A DNA stretch of 64,000 nucleotides from an uncultured Actinomycetes bacterium (GTDB taxonomy: Bacteria; Actinomycetota; Acidimicrobiia; IMCC26256; PALSA-555). Under the pieces are notes generated by a model. It was not told where the DNA came from and did no database searches. It saw only the letters and a program-made list of their open reading frames with translations. This document shows positions 19,975 to 28,461 of this stretch, one piece after another. The stretch covers positions 178-64,177 of the forward strand of contig CALEYV010000107.1 of assembly GCA_937927875.1 (NCBI GenBank). The letters are read 5' to 3'. How positions within the stretch are numbered: position 1 is the first letter of the stretch; every line of letters begins with the position of its first letter. The translations under genes and the position numbers were made by a program.

Positions 19975-20925
19975 TCAGTTCGAGCGCGCCCCGCGGTCGA
20001 TCGACCATCCGGGCAGCGCCCGCGATTCGAGCCAGACCTCGACCGCGTCGACGACGCGGTTCGGGTCCTCGAGCTGGGGCGCGTGACCCATCCCGTCGAG
20101 CACGTGCAGGTCGACGTCGTGGACCGACGCCGCGTGGCGCGCCGCCTCGAGCGGGACCAGCTTGTCCTCGGCGCCGTGGAGCAGCAGCATCGGGTGCGAG
20201 TCGCGGATCGTCGTCATGTCGCGATGAAGCCCGCGGGCCAGGTACGCGACGAGGGAGCGGGCGGCGTCCGCATACGCGGGGGCGGCGTCGGGCCACCGCA
20301 GCCGCTCGGTCGTGAGCTCGACAAGGCGCCGGCGCAGCTCGGGTTCGACGAGCTCGGCCCGGCCGACGCTGGTCTGCAACGAGATGTCGACGAGCCGCTG
20401 CGGTCCGAGCGCGCGGGCCCGCAGCGCCACGACGCCGGCACCGAGCGCGGGAACGGTCAGGGGCGCGAGCCAGGCCAGCCGCAGCCAGTCGGCCACCCCC
20501 GGCCTCGGGTGCGGGACGGCCGGATTGATGAGCACGAGCCCTTCAACCGGCTCGGGGCGCTTGGCGGCCACGCCGATCCCGATGCAGGCCCCCATCGAGT
20601 TGCCGATGATCAGCACCGAGCCGAGCGCGTCGAGCAGCCGGTGCACGACGCGATGCTGGGTGGCCAGGCCCGAGCTGCGGCCCCAGGTCCGGGTGCGCCC
20701 GAACCCGATGAGGTCGACCGCGGTGACCGTGGCGCCGAGGCGCTCGGCGAGCGGCGCGCCGAACGGCTCCCAGGTCAGGGTGTTCGAACCGAGTCCGTGC
20801 AGCAGGAGCACGCGCCGGCCGGGCTTCGCCTCGGCCGGACGCCACTCGACGGTGTGCACCGGAATCCCGTCGACATCGATCGTGCTGGTGGTGCCACGCA
20901 CGTCGTCGACGGCCGGTCCGGGCAT
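19975..20925 (-). CDS. Alpha/beta-fold hydrolase
   Basis: 316 aa. HGLGSN oxyanion region, nucleophile elbow GNSMG, C-terminal GHAPQLE. Confidence 0.85.
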   Translation of the reverse strand: MPGPAVDDVRGTTSTIDVDGIPVHTVEWRPAEAKPGRRVLLLHGLGSNTLTWEPFGAPLAERLGATVTAVDLIGFGRTRTWGRSSGLATQHRVVHRLLDALGSVLIIGNSMGACIGIGVAAKRPEPVEGLVLINPAVPHPRPGVADWLRLAWLAPLTVPALGAGVVALRARALGPQRLVDISLQTSVGRAELVEPELRRRLVELTTERLRWPDAAPAYADAARSLVAYLARGLHRDMTTIRDSHPMLLLHGAEDKLVPLEAARHAASVHDVDLHVLDGMGHAPQLEDPNRVVDAVEVWLESRALPGWSIDRGARSN

Positions 20926-20953
20926 CCGGAAAGCCTACGCGTACGGTGCGGAG

Positions 20954-21682
20954 ATGTCGGATCGCCTCGTCGGCGAGGCCTGGTCGCTCGGGTTCGCGTG
21001 CCGGGACGGCACGGGCGGGTTCGTGCGCCTCATCCGCTGGCCGGACCGGGCCTGGTACTGGACGTACGTCACGTCGCCCGGGTGGGGCCTGGTCGCGGTG
21101 CGCGACCACGACGTCGCGTTGCCGCGGCCCGGCTCGGCGCCGGTCGTGCGCGCCGACGGGCTGTGGGCCGAGCTCATCCCCGAGACGCCGGGCGAGCACT
21201 GGACGGTGGGCGTCGAGGCGTTCGGCGTCCGGCTCGACGACCCGCTCGACGCCGAGCGGGGCGAACGCGGCGAGCGGCTCCCGGTCGGGCTCGACCTCGA
21301 GTGGGAGGTCGGCTCGACCCCGTACGGGATCGTGCACGGCGAGCTGCTGGTCGGCGACGCGCGCCTCGCCTTCGACGGCACCGGCGCGCTCACCGAGGAG
21401 CAGCTCGCCGATGACGTGTGGAACCACGGCTTCTCCCGGCTGTCGTGGCAGCACGACGGATCGACCGGCGGCGCCGCCCGTGGCGACGCCGTCGAGCTCG
21501 AGGTCGACCCGGCCGGGCTCCCGACCGCGGCGCGCGCCGACGGCCGCCGGTTCGACGTGGCCGCGACCGCGGTGGTGCCGGTTGGGACCCGGCTCGTGCT
21601 CGGGCTCGTGACGGCGCCCGACGCGTGCGGCTGGCTGGAGTGGTGCCGCGGGGCCGAAACCGGTCGCACCGAGGCGCCGTGA
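20954..21682 (+). CDS. Hypothetical protein (242 aa)
   Basis: ATG at 20954. The upstream part of the track ORF is antisense to the hydrolase gene. Trp-rich soluble protein with no domain I recognise. Confidence 0.6.
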   Translation: MSDRLVGEAWSLGFACRDGTGGFVRLIRWPDRAWYWTYVTSPGWGLVAVRDHDVALPRPGSAPVVRADGLWAELIPETPGEHWTVGVEAFGVRLDDPLDAERGERGERLPVGLDLEWEVGSTPYGIVHGELLVGDARLAFDGTGALTEEQLADDVWNHGFSRLSWQHDGSTGGAARGDAVELEVDPAGLPTAARADGRRFDVAATAVVPVGTRLVLGLVTAPDACGWLEWCRGAETGRTEAP

Positions 21683-22171
21683 CCGGTCAGGATGCGGCGG
21701 TGTTCGAGGGCGAGCTCGTCGCGATCTACGTGGCGCCGGCTGGTGGGGCGCCGATGGAGGCGCGGGAGGAGGTCGAGGCTGTCGCGGGGCGGGGACTGGT
21801 CGGGGACCGTTACCTCGACGCCGACGGCACCTACTCGGGCACCCGGATCCCCGACGACCAGCGGGCCGTGACGCTCATCGAGGAGGAGGCCGTCGCGGCG
21901 GCCCGGGCCGAGGAGCAGCTCGAGCTCGATGCCGCCGAGACGCGCCGCAACCTCGTGACGCGCGGCGTCCCCCTCAACCACCTCGTCGACCGGGAGTTCC
22001 GGGTCGGCCCGACCCGGCTGCGGGGTGTCAAGCTCGCCGAGCCGTGCGCGTACCTGGGAGGGCAAGACGCGGCCCGGAGTGCGCGCCGCGCTGATCCACC
22101 GGGGCGGCCTGCGGGCTGAGATCCTCGACGGCGGCACCCTCCGGCCCGGCGACCGCATCACCCCGCTCTGA
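21679..22171 (+). pseudogene. MOSC domain protein, reading frame broken by one extra G near 22056-22058
   Basis: The N-terminal 125 aa in frame 1 end in LAEPCAYL. The canonical MOSC tail RPGVRAALIHRGGLRAEILDGGTLRPGDRITPL continues in frame 2 to the stop at 22169-22171. Removing one G from ctGGGa restores EPCAYLEGKTRPGV. Confidence 0.7.
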
Positions 22172-22227
22172 CGGGCGTCCGCTCCGCCCCGGCCCGCGTG
22201 AGCGGGGTCGCATAGCGTTCCAGCCCC

Positions 22228-23322
22228 ATGGATCGCACCTTCGAGACGACCGGCGCCGTCCACGACCTGCTCGAGCTGCTCGGCCGCCTCGACACGAGCT
22301 TCCTGACCGGCGACAAGGCGGTCGCCGACGACCAGCAGGTGCTCGAAGGGTACAAATGGATCTTCTCGATCCTGCAGGTCGCGCTCGACTGCTACGTCTG
22401 GGCCGACCCGGACAACCCGCGGTTCGTCGAGATCGTCGGCCCCTACAAGAAGTGGGGCGGCGACAACGCCGACGCCTACTACCAGTACGCCCCGGTCGAC
22501 CCGGCCCGCACCTACCGGGTCCGGGGCCGGCGGGGCGACGCGGCCTACCTCTCCCTGACCGTCTACGGCGGGCCCCGCGACGGGCGCTACTCGGAGCGCA
22601 TCGTCGGGACCGTCAACGACCGGGACGACCTCGACATCGCCGACGACGGCAGCTTCGAGCTGGTGCTCGGTCCGGAGCGGCCGGCCGGCTGGGACGGCGC
22701 CTTTCTGAAGCTCGAGCCCGACGCCGTGGTCGCGATCACCCGCGACTACCTCGACGACCCGGTGCGGGGCACCCGGTGCACCTGGCACATCGAGGCCGAG
22801 GATCCGCCCCGCCGGTGGCGCGAGGACGACGCCGACCTCGCCCGCCGGTTCCGGGCCGCGATCACCTGGGTGCGGGACCAGTCGAACATGGTGCCGCTCG
22901 GGCTCGGGGCGCCGAACCACGTCGACGAGCCCTACCCGGTGCAGAAGGTCACGTTCGGCTGGGCGGCCGGCGACGCCGCCTACGCGATGGGCAGCTTCGA
23001 CCTCCAGCCCGAGGAGGCCCTCGTGATCCGCGGGCGGTCGCCGGAGTGCGCGTTCTGGAACCTCTGCCTCTGGAACCAGTTCATGCACACCTACAACTAC
23101 GACTACGAGCGCTGCACCATCAACGGCGCCCAAACCGTTCTCGAGGCGGACGGGTCGTGGACGATCGTCGTCGCCGAGGAGGACCCCGGGCACCCCAACT
23201 GGGTGTCGACCGCCGGCCACCCGCGGGGCCGGCTCTGGTTCCGCTGGTTCTATCCCGCCGAGACGCCCGACGCGCCGACGACCGAGGTCGTCAAGCTCGC
23301 CGACGTACCCGCGGGGCCGTAG
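22228..23322 (+). CDS. DUF1214 domain protein
   Basis: 364 aa. WGGDNADAYYQYAPVD, YLSLTVYGG, CAFWNLCLWNQFM, RLWFRWF. Matches the family pattern from memory. Confidence 0.75.
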   Translation: MDRTFETTGAVHDLLELLGRLDTSFLTGDKAVADDQQVLEGYKWIFSILQVALDCYVWADPDNPRFVEIVGPYKKWGGDNADAYYQYAPVDPARTYRVRGRRGDAAYLSLTVYGGPRDGRYSERIVGTVNDRDDLDIADDGSFELVLGPERPAGWDGAFLKLEPDAVVAITRDYLDDPVRGTRCTWHIEAEDPPRRWREDDADLARRFRAAITWVRDQSNMVPLGLGAPNHVDEPYPVQKVTFGWAAGDAAYAMGSFDLQPEEALVIRGRSPECAFWNLCLWNQFMHTYNYDYERCTINGAQTVLEADGSWTIVVAEEDPGHPNWVSTAGHPRGRLWFRWFYPAETPDAPTTEVVKLADVPAGP

Positions 23323-23334
23323 CGCGGCCGCGCC

Positions 23335-24174
23335 TCAGGCGCGCTCGAGCTGCCAGACGATCGCCAGCGGCAGGCCGGCGATCGCCTCCTCGTAGAGCGA
23401 GTCGCCGATGCCGGGGAACGCCACGCGTGCCAGGTCGAGCGTGAACGTCGGCTCGCTGCACTCCTGCACGCGCAGGCCGACGCGCGAGAACGCCTCGAGC
23501 GTCCGACCCGGGAGGTGCGCGTAGCTCGCGACGAAGGCGGGGGTCCCGTCCTCGGCGCGGAAGCCGCCCTGCCCGCCGAGCAGCACCATGAACGGATGGA
23601 AGTCCGAGATGATCAGCGCGCCGCCGGGCCGGACGACCCGGGCCAGCTCGGCGATGGCCTCGGCCGGGTCGGCGACGTGCGACAGCGCGAGCGCGCAGAC
23701 GGCGGCGTCGAACTCGCCGTCGTCGAACGGCAGCGGCACCAGGGGGGCCTCCACGAACCGGGCGCCCGGGGCCCGTGGCCGCGCCACGGCCAGCATGTCC
23801 GGGGAGAGGTCGAGCCCGGTGACGGTGTGGCCGAGCTCGGCCAGGTACGCGGTGTGGCGGCCGGTGCCGCAGGCGGCGTCGAGCACGTTGCGGGGACGGG
23901 GCCAGGCGTCCAACGCGGCGCGCACCACGGGCTCCTCGACCATCACCAACGGGTTCGGCCCGTCATACACCAGCGCCCACTGGGCGTAGCCACCGAGCAG
24001 GTCCACTTCGGGACCGAAGGCCGGGGTCGCGAAGACCTCCTGGTCGAGGGCGCCGGCGATCTGGACCAGCTCGGCCACCCGGTTCGCCAGCATCTCGTCC
24101 GAGGCGAGCGGGCCCGAGCGCAGCAGCGCCAGCCCCTCCAGCCCCATCGCGAACTGGCCCACGGTGAACGGCAC
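23335..24174 (-). CDS. Class I SAM-dependent methyltransferase
   Basis: 279 aa. Motif I VLDAACGTGRH. Post-I LDLSPDML. RVVRPGGALIISD. Confidence 0.85.
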   Translation of the reverse strand: MPFTVGQFAMGLEGLALLRSGPLASDEMLANRVAELVQIAGALDQEVFATPAFGPEVDLLGGYAQWALVYDGPNPLVMVEEPVVRAALDAWPRPRNVLDAACGTGRHTAYLAELGHTVTGLDLSPDMLAVARPRAPGARFVEAPLVPLPFDDGEFDAAVCALALSHVADPAEAIAELARVVRPGGALIISDFHPFMVLLGGQGGFRAEDGTPAFVASYAHLPGRTLEAFSRVGLRVQECSEPTFTLDLARVAFPGIGDSLYEEAIAGLPLAIVWQLERA

Positions 24175-24188
24175 GATCCGACCCTACG

Positions 24189-24208
24189 GGGCGTCGCGGT
24201 CGACGCCC
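24189..24208 (-). terminator. Hairpin downstream of the amidohydrolase gene
   Basis: GGGCGTCG-cggt-CGACGCCC: 8-bp perfect stem with a 4-nt loop, in the 84-bp gap before the methyltransferase start. Confidence 0.3.
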
Positions 24209-24258
24209 GGCCCGTTTCCGGTCGGCGTCGTGCCGGTGCCGGCTCCCGCTGGTCGCCG

Positions 24259-25653
24259 CTACATCGGCGTCCAGCGGGTGGAGGGGTCGCCGAGCCAGCG
24301 GAGCATCTCGCGCCGTGTCGTCGGCCCGCGCGGTCTCGACGAGGGCGGGAGCGCACCGTCGGCGCGCAGGTGCGCGGCCTCGGGCTGGGCGGCGGTGAGC
24401 GGGTCGGAGGCCAGCGCGCAGCGCGTGGCGGTGGGGTCGATGCCGAACAGCGCCGCCGCGTTCAGCCCCAGCACGTTCCGCTTCACCTCGTCGGTGAGGG
24501 CCGGGTATCCGAAGCGGTCCTGGTACTCCGGGGTGATCTCGAAGGCACGGAACGCCTGCAGCTGCGGCTGGGGCGACCCGTACCAGATGGCGTCGGTCCC
24601 CCACAGCACCCGCCGGTCGCCGACTCGGCGCAGCAGCTTCCCGACCGCGTGCGCGGCCTGGTCAGGCTCGGTCAGCAGCTGGCGCCAGAGGGAGCCGACG
24701 TCGACCCACACGTTGTCGTTCGGGGGCACCTGGTGCGCGTCGAGGGACTGCAGCAGGGTGTCGACGCCGATCCGCGCCGACGCGTCGTACGCGCCCTCCC
24801 GGTGGTTGGAGTCCCAGGCGGCGTGGAACACGACGAACTGCATGTCGGGGAACTGGCGGGAGACCGCGACGATGTCGTCGGGCCCGTTGTGCGCGGGGTC
24901 GAACCGGATGAGCGGCAGGCCCTTGTGGGCGGTGAAGACCCGCACGCCGAGGTCGTGGGCCTGCTGGACCACTCGCAGCCCGAGGCTGGGATCGGCCAGC
25001 GAGTAGCCCTGCCCGGTCGGGCCCCACGCCGTGTAGACCTTGAACCCGGCGACGCGTCGAGTGGCCGCCGTCTGCGCCATGCCGTCGAGGCGGGCCTGCA
25101 AGTCCCCGAAGTTGGGCGCGATCACGTTGTGCACCAGCAGCCTTGACGCGCCGCCGTGGGTGAGCTGCGCCACGAGGTCCTGGGTCGCGAGCGCGTCGGG
25201 AAAGGGGATCGGGGCGTCGTTCGGCCCCGAGTTCGGGACGTCGGACAGCAGCGCCACGGTGGTGTCGCTGGCGAGGAAGACGTCGTGCAGGTAGCTCGCC
25301 CGGTTCACGCACTGCAGCCGGTCGGCTGACGCGCAGTCGGCGGGGACCATACCGAGCACGAGCTGGACCGTCTCGGGTGCGGTGCTGCGCCATGGGCCGC
25401 TCGGGATCACGTGGTGCGTGTGCACGTCGAAGACGAACTCGGTGCCGCTCAGCGCGTGGTCGCACGCCGCCAGGTCGGTCGAGGGCGGGACGCGGAACCG
25501 TCCGCCCGGCCGCTTCGCTGACGTTCCGCCGCCGCCGGAGCACGCAGCGAGGTTGAAGACGGTCAGCGCGGCCGCGACGCCGCCGGCCGTCTGCAGGAAC
25601 TGGCGGCGGTCGATCCCCAGCCGTCCCGCCGCGTCGTCGGCCGCCCGCAGCAT
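24259..25653 (-). CDS. Amidohydrolase-family metal hydrolase, predicted Tat-exported lipoprotein
   Basis: I prefer the ATG at 25653. It places the twin-arginine motif DRRQFLQ and the lipobox LAAC at the N-terminus, whereas the ORF is open to 25788. VHTHHV metal motif. Confidence 0.8.
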   Translation of the reverse strand: MLRAADDAAGRLGIDRRQFLQTAGGVAAALTVFNLAACSGGGGTSAKRPGGRFRVPPSTDLAACDHALSGTEFVFDVHTHHVIPSGPWRSTAPETVQLVLGMVPADCASADRLQCVNRASYLHDVFLASDTTVALLSDVPNSGPNDAPIPFPDALATQDLVAQLTHGGASRLLVHNVIAPNFGDLQARLDGMAQTAATRRVAGFKVYTAWGPTGQGYSLADPSLGLRVVQQAHDLGVRVFTAHKGLPLIRFDPAHNGPDDIVAVSRQFPDMQFVVFHAAWDSNHREGAYDASARIGVDTLLQSLDAHQVPPNDNVWVDVGSLWRQLLTEPDQAAHAVGKLLRRVGDRRVLWGTDAIWYGSPQPQLQAFRAFEITPEYQDRFGYPALTDEVKRNVLGLNAAALFGIDPTATRCALASDPLTAAQPEAAHLRADGALPPSSRPRGPTTRREMLRWLGDPSTRWTPM

Positions 25654-25836
25654 CGCCCGGTGGCGGTCCCGATCGTGCTGGCTCGGCGGGGCGGGGAGGA
25701 ACTCGCCGTTCGAGACCGGGCCGGGCGGCAGCGGCAGGTCGGGCGGCCGGTCCGGCCGTTGGCGCTCGACCCGCCGCGGCGGCGTCACGCTCGGGGACGC
25801 TACGCCGGTGCCGGCTCGGGCCCAGCGCGGCCCGGG

Positions 25837-26367
25837 TCAGCCAGCCGGCTCGCGAACCCGCGCCGCCCGGTATAAGCGGACCGGGTCCGGGATGCCCCGC
25901 ATCACGACCGGGCCGAGCTCGTCGAGGTGCAGCCCGCAGGTCGATTCGTCGAGGAAGGCCCGGACGCTCGCGGAGAGCAGCAGCTCACCGGGGCCGGCGA
26001 CGTCGACGATCCGGGCCGCCAGGTTGACGTCGTGGCCGACCAGGTCGTCGCCGCGCCGGGTCGGGCAGCCCCAGTGCATGCCGATCCGCACCCACAGCGC
26101 GGACGCCTCCGTGTCGCCGGCGAACCGGTCGAGGAGGTCGAGGCAGGCTCGGAGCGCCGGCGTCGCCTCGGGCAGCCACAGCAGCAACCCGTCGCCGAGC
26201 TCCTTCACGATCCTCGCCCCCGGCGGCAGCGCGGCGCGCACGAGCTGTTCCTGGCGGTCCAGGAGCGCCACCGCCTCGGCATCGCCGCGGGCGGCCGTGA
26301 ACTCGGTGAAGCCCACGATGTCGGTGAAGGCGACGGCGCCCGACGCGCCTCGCTCGTCGCCCGTCAA
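25837..26367 (-). CDS. Class III adenylate/guanylate cyclase, catalytic domain only (176 aa)
   Basis: The only start candidate is the TTG at 26367, inside a TTGA overlap with the upstream stop. AFTDIVGFT, KELGDGLL, IGMHWG, GHDVNLAARI. Confidence 0.72.
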   Translation of the reverse strand: MTGDERGASGAVAFTDIVGFTEFTAARGDAEAVALLDRQEQLVRAALPPGARIVKELGDGLLLWLPEATPALRACLDLLDRFAGDTEASALWVRIGMHWGCPTRRGDDLVGHDVNLAARIVDVAGPGELLLSASVRAFLDESTCGLHLDELGPVVMRGIPDPVRLYRAARVREPAG

Positions 26368-27107
26368 CGCTCGAGCACCGAGATCTTTCCGCTGCGGGCC
26401 GTGACCCGGATGGAGCCGTCGGTGCCCGACTCGCAGTCGCAGCGCACCGCTCCGCTCATGGTGTGCAGGTCCAGCTCGGGCCGCAGGCCGGCGGGGACGG
26501 TCACGGTGACGCTGCCCGAGTGGGCCTCGATGTCCACCGGGGCGGGCTCGGTCACCCCGACCGTGACGCTGCCGCTGCCGGCGCGCACCCGGACCGCGCC
26601 GACCGCGCCGACCTCGACGCTGCCCGACGCGGCGGCGAGGTCGGCCGAGCCGGCGCGGCCGACTCGGATGCTGCCGCTCTTGGTCTGGCCGCGGCACTCG
26701 CCCGCGCAGTCCTCCACGGCGATGGTGCCGGACGCGGTGCGGGCGTCGACGCTCTCGGCCTGCTCGACCGTGATGCTGCCGCTCTGGGTCGTGACCCGGC
26801 TGTCGCCGAGCGAGCCGTGCAGCTTCACCGGTCCCGACCGGCAGCCGACCAGCACGTCGGTGCCGACCGGGCAGCGGGCGACCACCTTCCCGGACTTCCC
26901 GGTGATGTCGATGCCGTCCGCGCCGCGCTCGACCTCACCGCCCGACTCGACGAGCACGTCGTCACGAGGCTCCCCGGTGATCTCCACCGACCCGGACCGG
27001 CTCGTCACCCGGATCGGCGTCGACGCCTCCACCGCCACGCTCGTATGTCGGGCCATCGTCTCCATCATGGGCCTCGCGGCCCGACCTGTGCACGTGACGC
27101 GCGTCAC
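26364..27107 (-). CDS. DUF4097-type (Toastrack-like) beta-strand repeat protein, no TM segment
   Basis: Eight or more repeats of the SGS(V/I)x(V/I) beta-strand motif. The start may instead be ATG 27068 or 27056. Confidence 0.7.
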   Translation of the reverse strand: MTRVTCTGRAARPMMETMARHTSVAVEASTPIRVTSRSGSVEITGEPRDDVLVESGGEVERGADGIDITGKSGKVVARCPVGTDVLVGCRSGPVKLHGSLGDSRVTTQSGSITVEQAESVDARTASGTIAVEDCAGECRGQTKSGSIRVGRAGSADLAAASGSVEVGAVGAVRVRAGSGSVTVGVTEPAPVDIEAHSGSVTVTVPAGLRPELDLHTMSGAVRCDCESGTDGSIRVTARSGKISVLER

Positions 27108-27135
27108 CGTGCAGGGGCGCCAGCGGCTCGGTTCG

Positions 27136-28410
27136 TCAGCTCTCGGTCGCGACGCCGAACCGGTCCACGTAGCCCTGGAGGGCGGCCCGCCGCTCGGCGG
27201 GGTCGATGCCGAAGTCGCCGGCCAGGTCGTATCGCACGCCGCCGTGCCGGCCCCGGGGGTGGTCGCGCACGAACTGCTCCATCGCGGCGCGCACGTCGGG
27301 GCCGAAGGGCTGGTCGGCGACCTCGTAGATGCGCTCGACGGTGCCGAGGTCGTCGGCCATGAACTCGTCGAAGCGGACGTCGAGCGACCGGTCGGCGGGC
27401 AGCCGATCGCGGTCGCGCAGGCCGGCCTCGAGCATCTGCTGGATCCGGTCCGACCAGTAGTGGCCGATCCGGTACGGATCGGGATGCTCGACGTTGAGCC
27501 GCGCCGTGTAGGCGAGCATGGTGGCGTTCGACGCGATCACCGACACCGGGTCGCGGTGGGTGACGACGAAGGTGGCGTCCGGGAACACGGCCAGCAGGGG
27601 CCCGAACTGCTCGAGGTGCTGCGGCGACTTCAGCACCCAGCGCTCCCCGCCCCGCTGCCACTGCAGGACCTGCAGCACCCGCTTCAGGTACTCGTACGCG
27701 GGGGTCTGGTCGTGAGCGAGGTAGTAGTCGCGCCACCTCGGCATGACGCTCATCGTCTCGAACAGCATCGTCGACCCGGCGAGGGCGAGCAGCTGGATCT
27801 CCTCGTGCACGTGGTCGACCGTCATCTCGTGCATCCGCTTGAAGTACGGCAGCGCCTCGTTGAGGAAGGCGAGGCCGACCTCGGTGCGCTCGCGCCGCGG
27901 GTCGGACGCGCCGGCGGCCACCGCGGCCCGCTCGTCGGGGGGCAGCACCGGCTCGAGGCTCTCCCAGTACGGGAGCGACCGCAGCGCCGGGTCGGCCGCC
28001 AGCAGGTTGTGGAGGTGCGTGGTGCCGGTCCTCGGCTGGCCCGCGATCACGATGGGCCGGGCGATCTCGACGTCCAGGATCTCCGGGTGTTCGCCGATCA
28101 GGTCCTCGACGAGCAGCCGGTTCTTCAGGTGGCCGACCAGCTGGCCGTGCACGCTGAGCGTGCCCATGCCGCTCAGGTTCGCCTCGCCCTCGATCGCGTC
28201 CGTCAGCGCCGCGAGGGGAGCGCGGAACGCCTCGTCGCCGAAATCCGAGCACCCGGTCGCGGCGGCGGCCTCGTCGCACAGCGCGTCGGGGTCGAACGAC
28301 ACGTCCGCCGCGAGCAGTGCCGCGGCGGCGATCATCTCGGTGACCGCCGGCGCGAACCGCGGCGCCGCGAGGTCGTCGATTCGGACCGGTGCCGGCCGAC
28401 TTGTGCTCAC
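27136..28410 (-). CDS. Sulfotransferase family protein
   Basis: 424 aa. 5'-PSB loop GQPRTGTTHLHNLL and a 3'-PB-like THRDPVSVIAS. Confidence 0.8.
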   Translation of the reverse strand: MSTSRPAPVRIDDLAAPRFAPAVTEMIAAAALLAADVSFDPDALCDEAAAATGCSDFGDEAFRAPLAALTDAIEGEANLSGMGTLSVHGQLVGHLKNRLLVEDLIGEHPEILDVEIARPIVIAGQPRTGTTHLHNLLAADPALRSLPYWESLEPVLPPDERAAVAAGASDPRRERTEVGLAFLNEALPYFKRMHEMTVDHVHEEIQLLALAGSTMLFETMSVMPRWRDYYLAHDQTPAYEYLKRVLQVLQWQRGGERWVLKSPQHLEQFGPLLAVFPDATFVVTHRDPVSVIASNATMLAYTARLNVEHPDPYRIGHYWSDRIQQMLEAGLRDRDRLPADRSLDVRFDEFMADDLGTVERIYEVADQPFGPDVRAAMEQFVRDHPRGRHGGVRYDLAGDFGIDPAERRAALQGYVDRFGVATES

Positions 28411-28461
28411 GGCCCGAGCGTCGCAGCCCGCGCCGCCGCCCGTCCAGCGGCGGACTGGGCG

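Noticed and set aside
18910-23220. 834-aa (+) and 761-aa (-) ORFs spanning pspA, the hydrolase, MOSC and DUF1214 genes
   Set aside because: They are extremely Arg/Gly/Pro-rich and cross several genes with strong family signatures on the other strand or in another frame.
27094-27107. 14-bp perfect palindrome GTGACGCGCGTCAC between the sulfotransferase and the DUF4097 gene
   Set aside because: It is short and fully GC-biased, so chance occurrence is plausible. It also falls inside the DUF4097 ORF if the GTG at 27107 is the true start. There is not enough support to call an operator or terminator.
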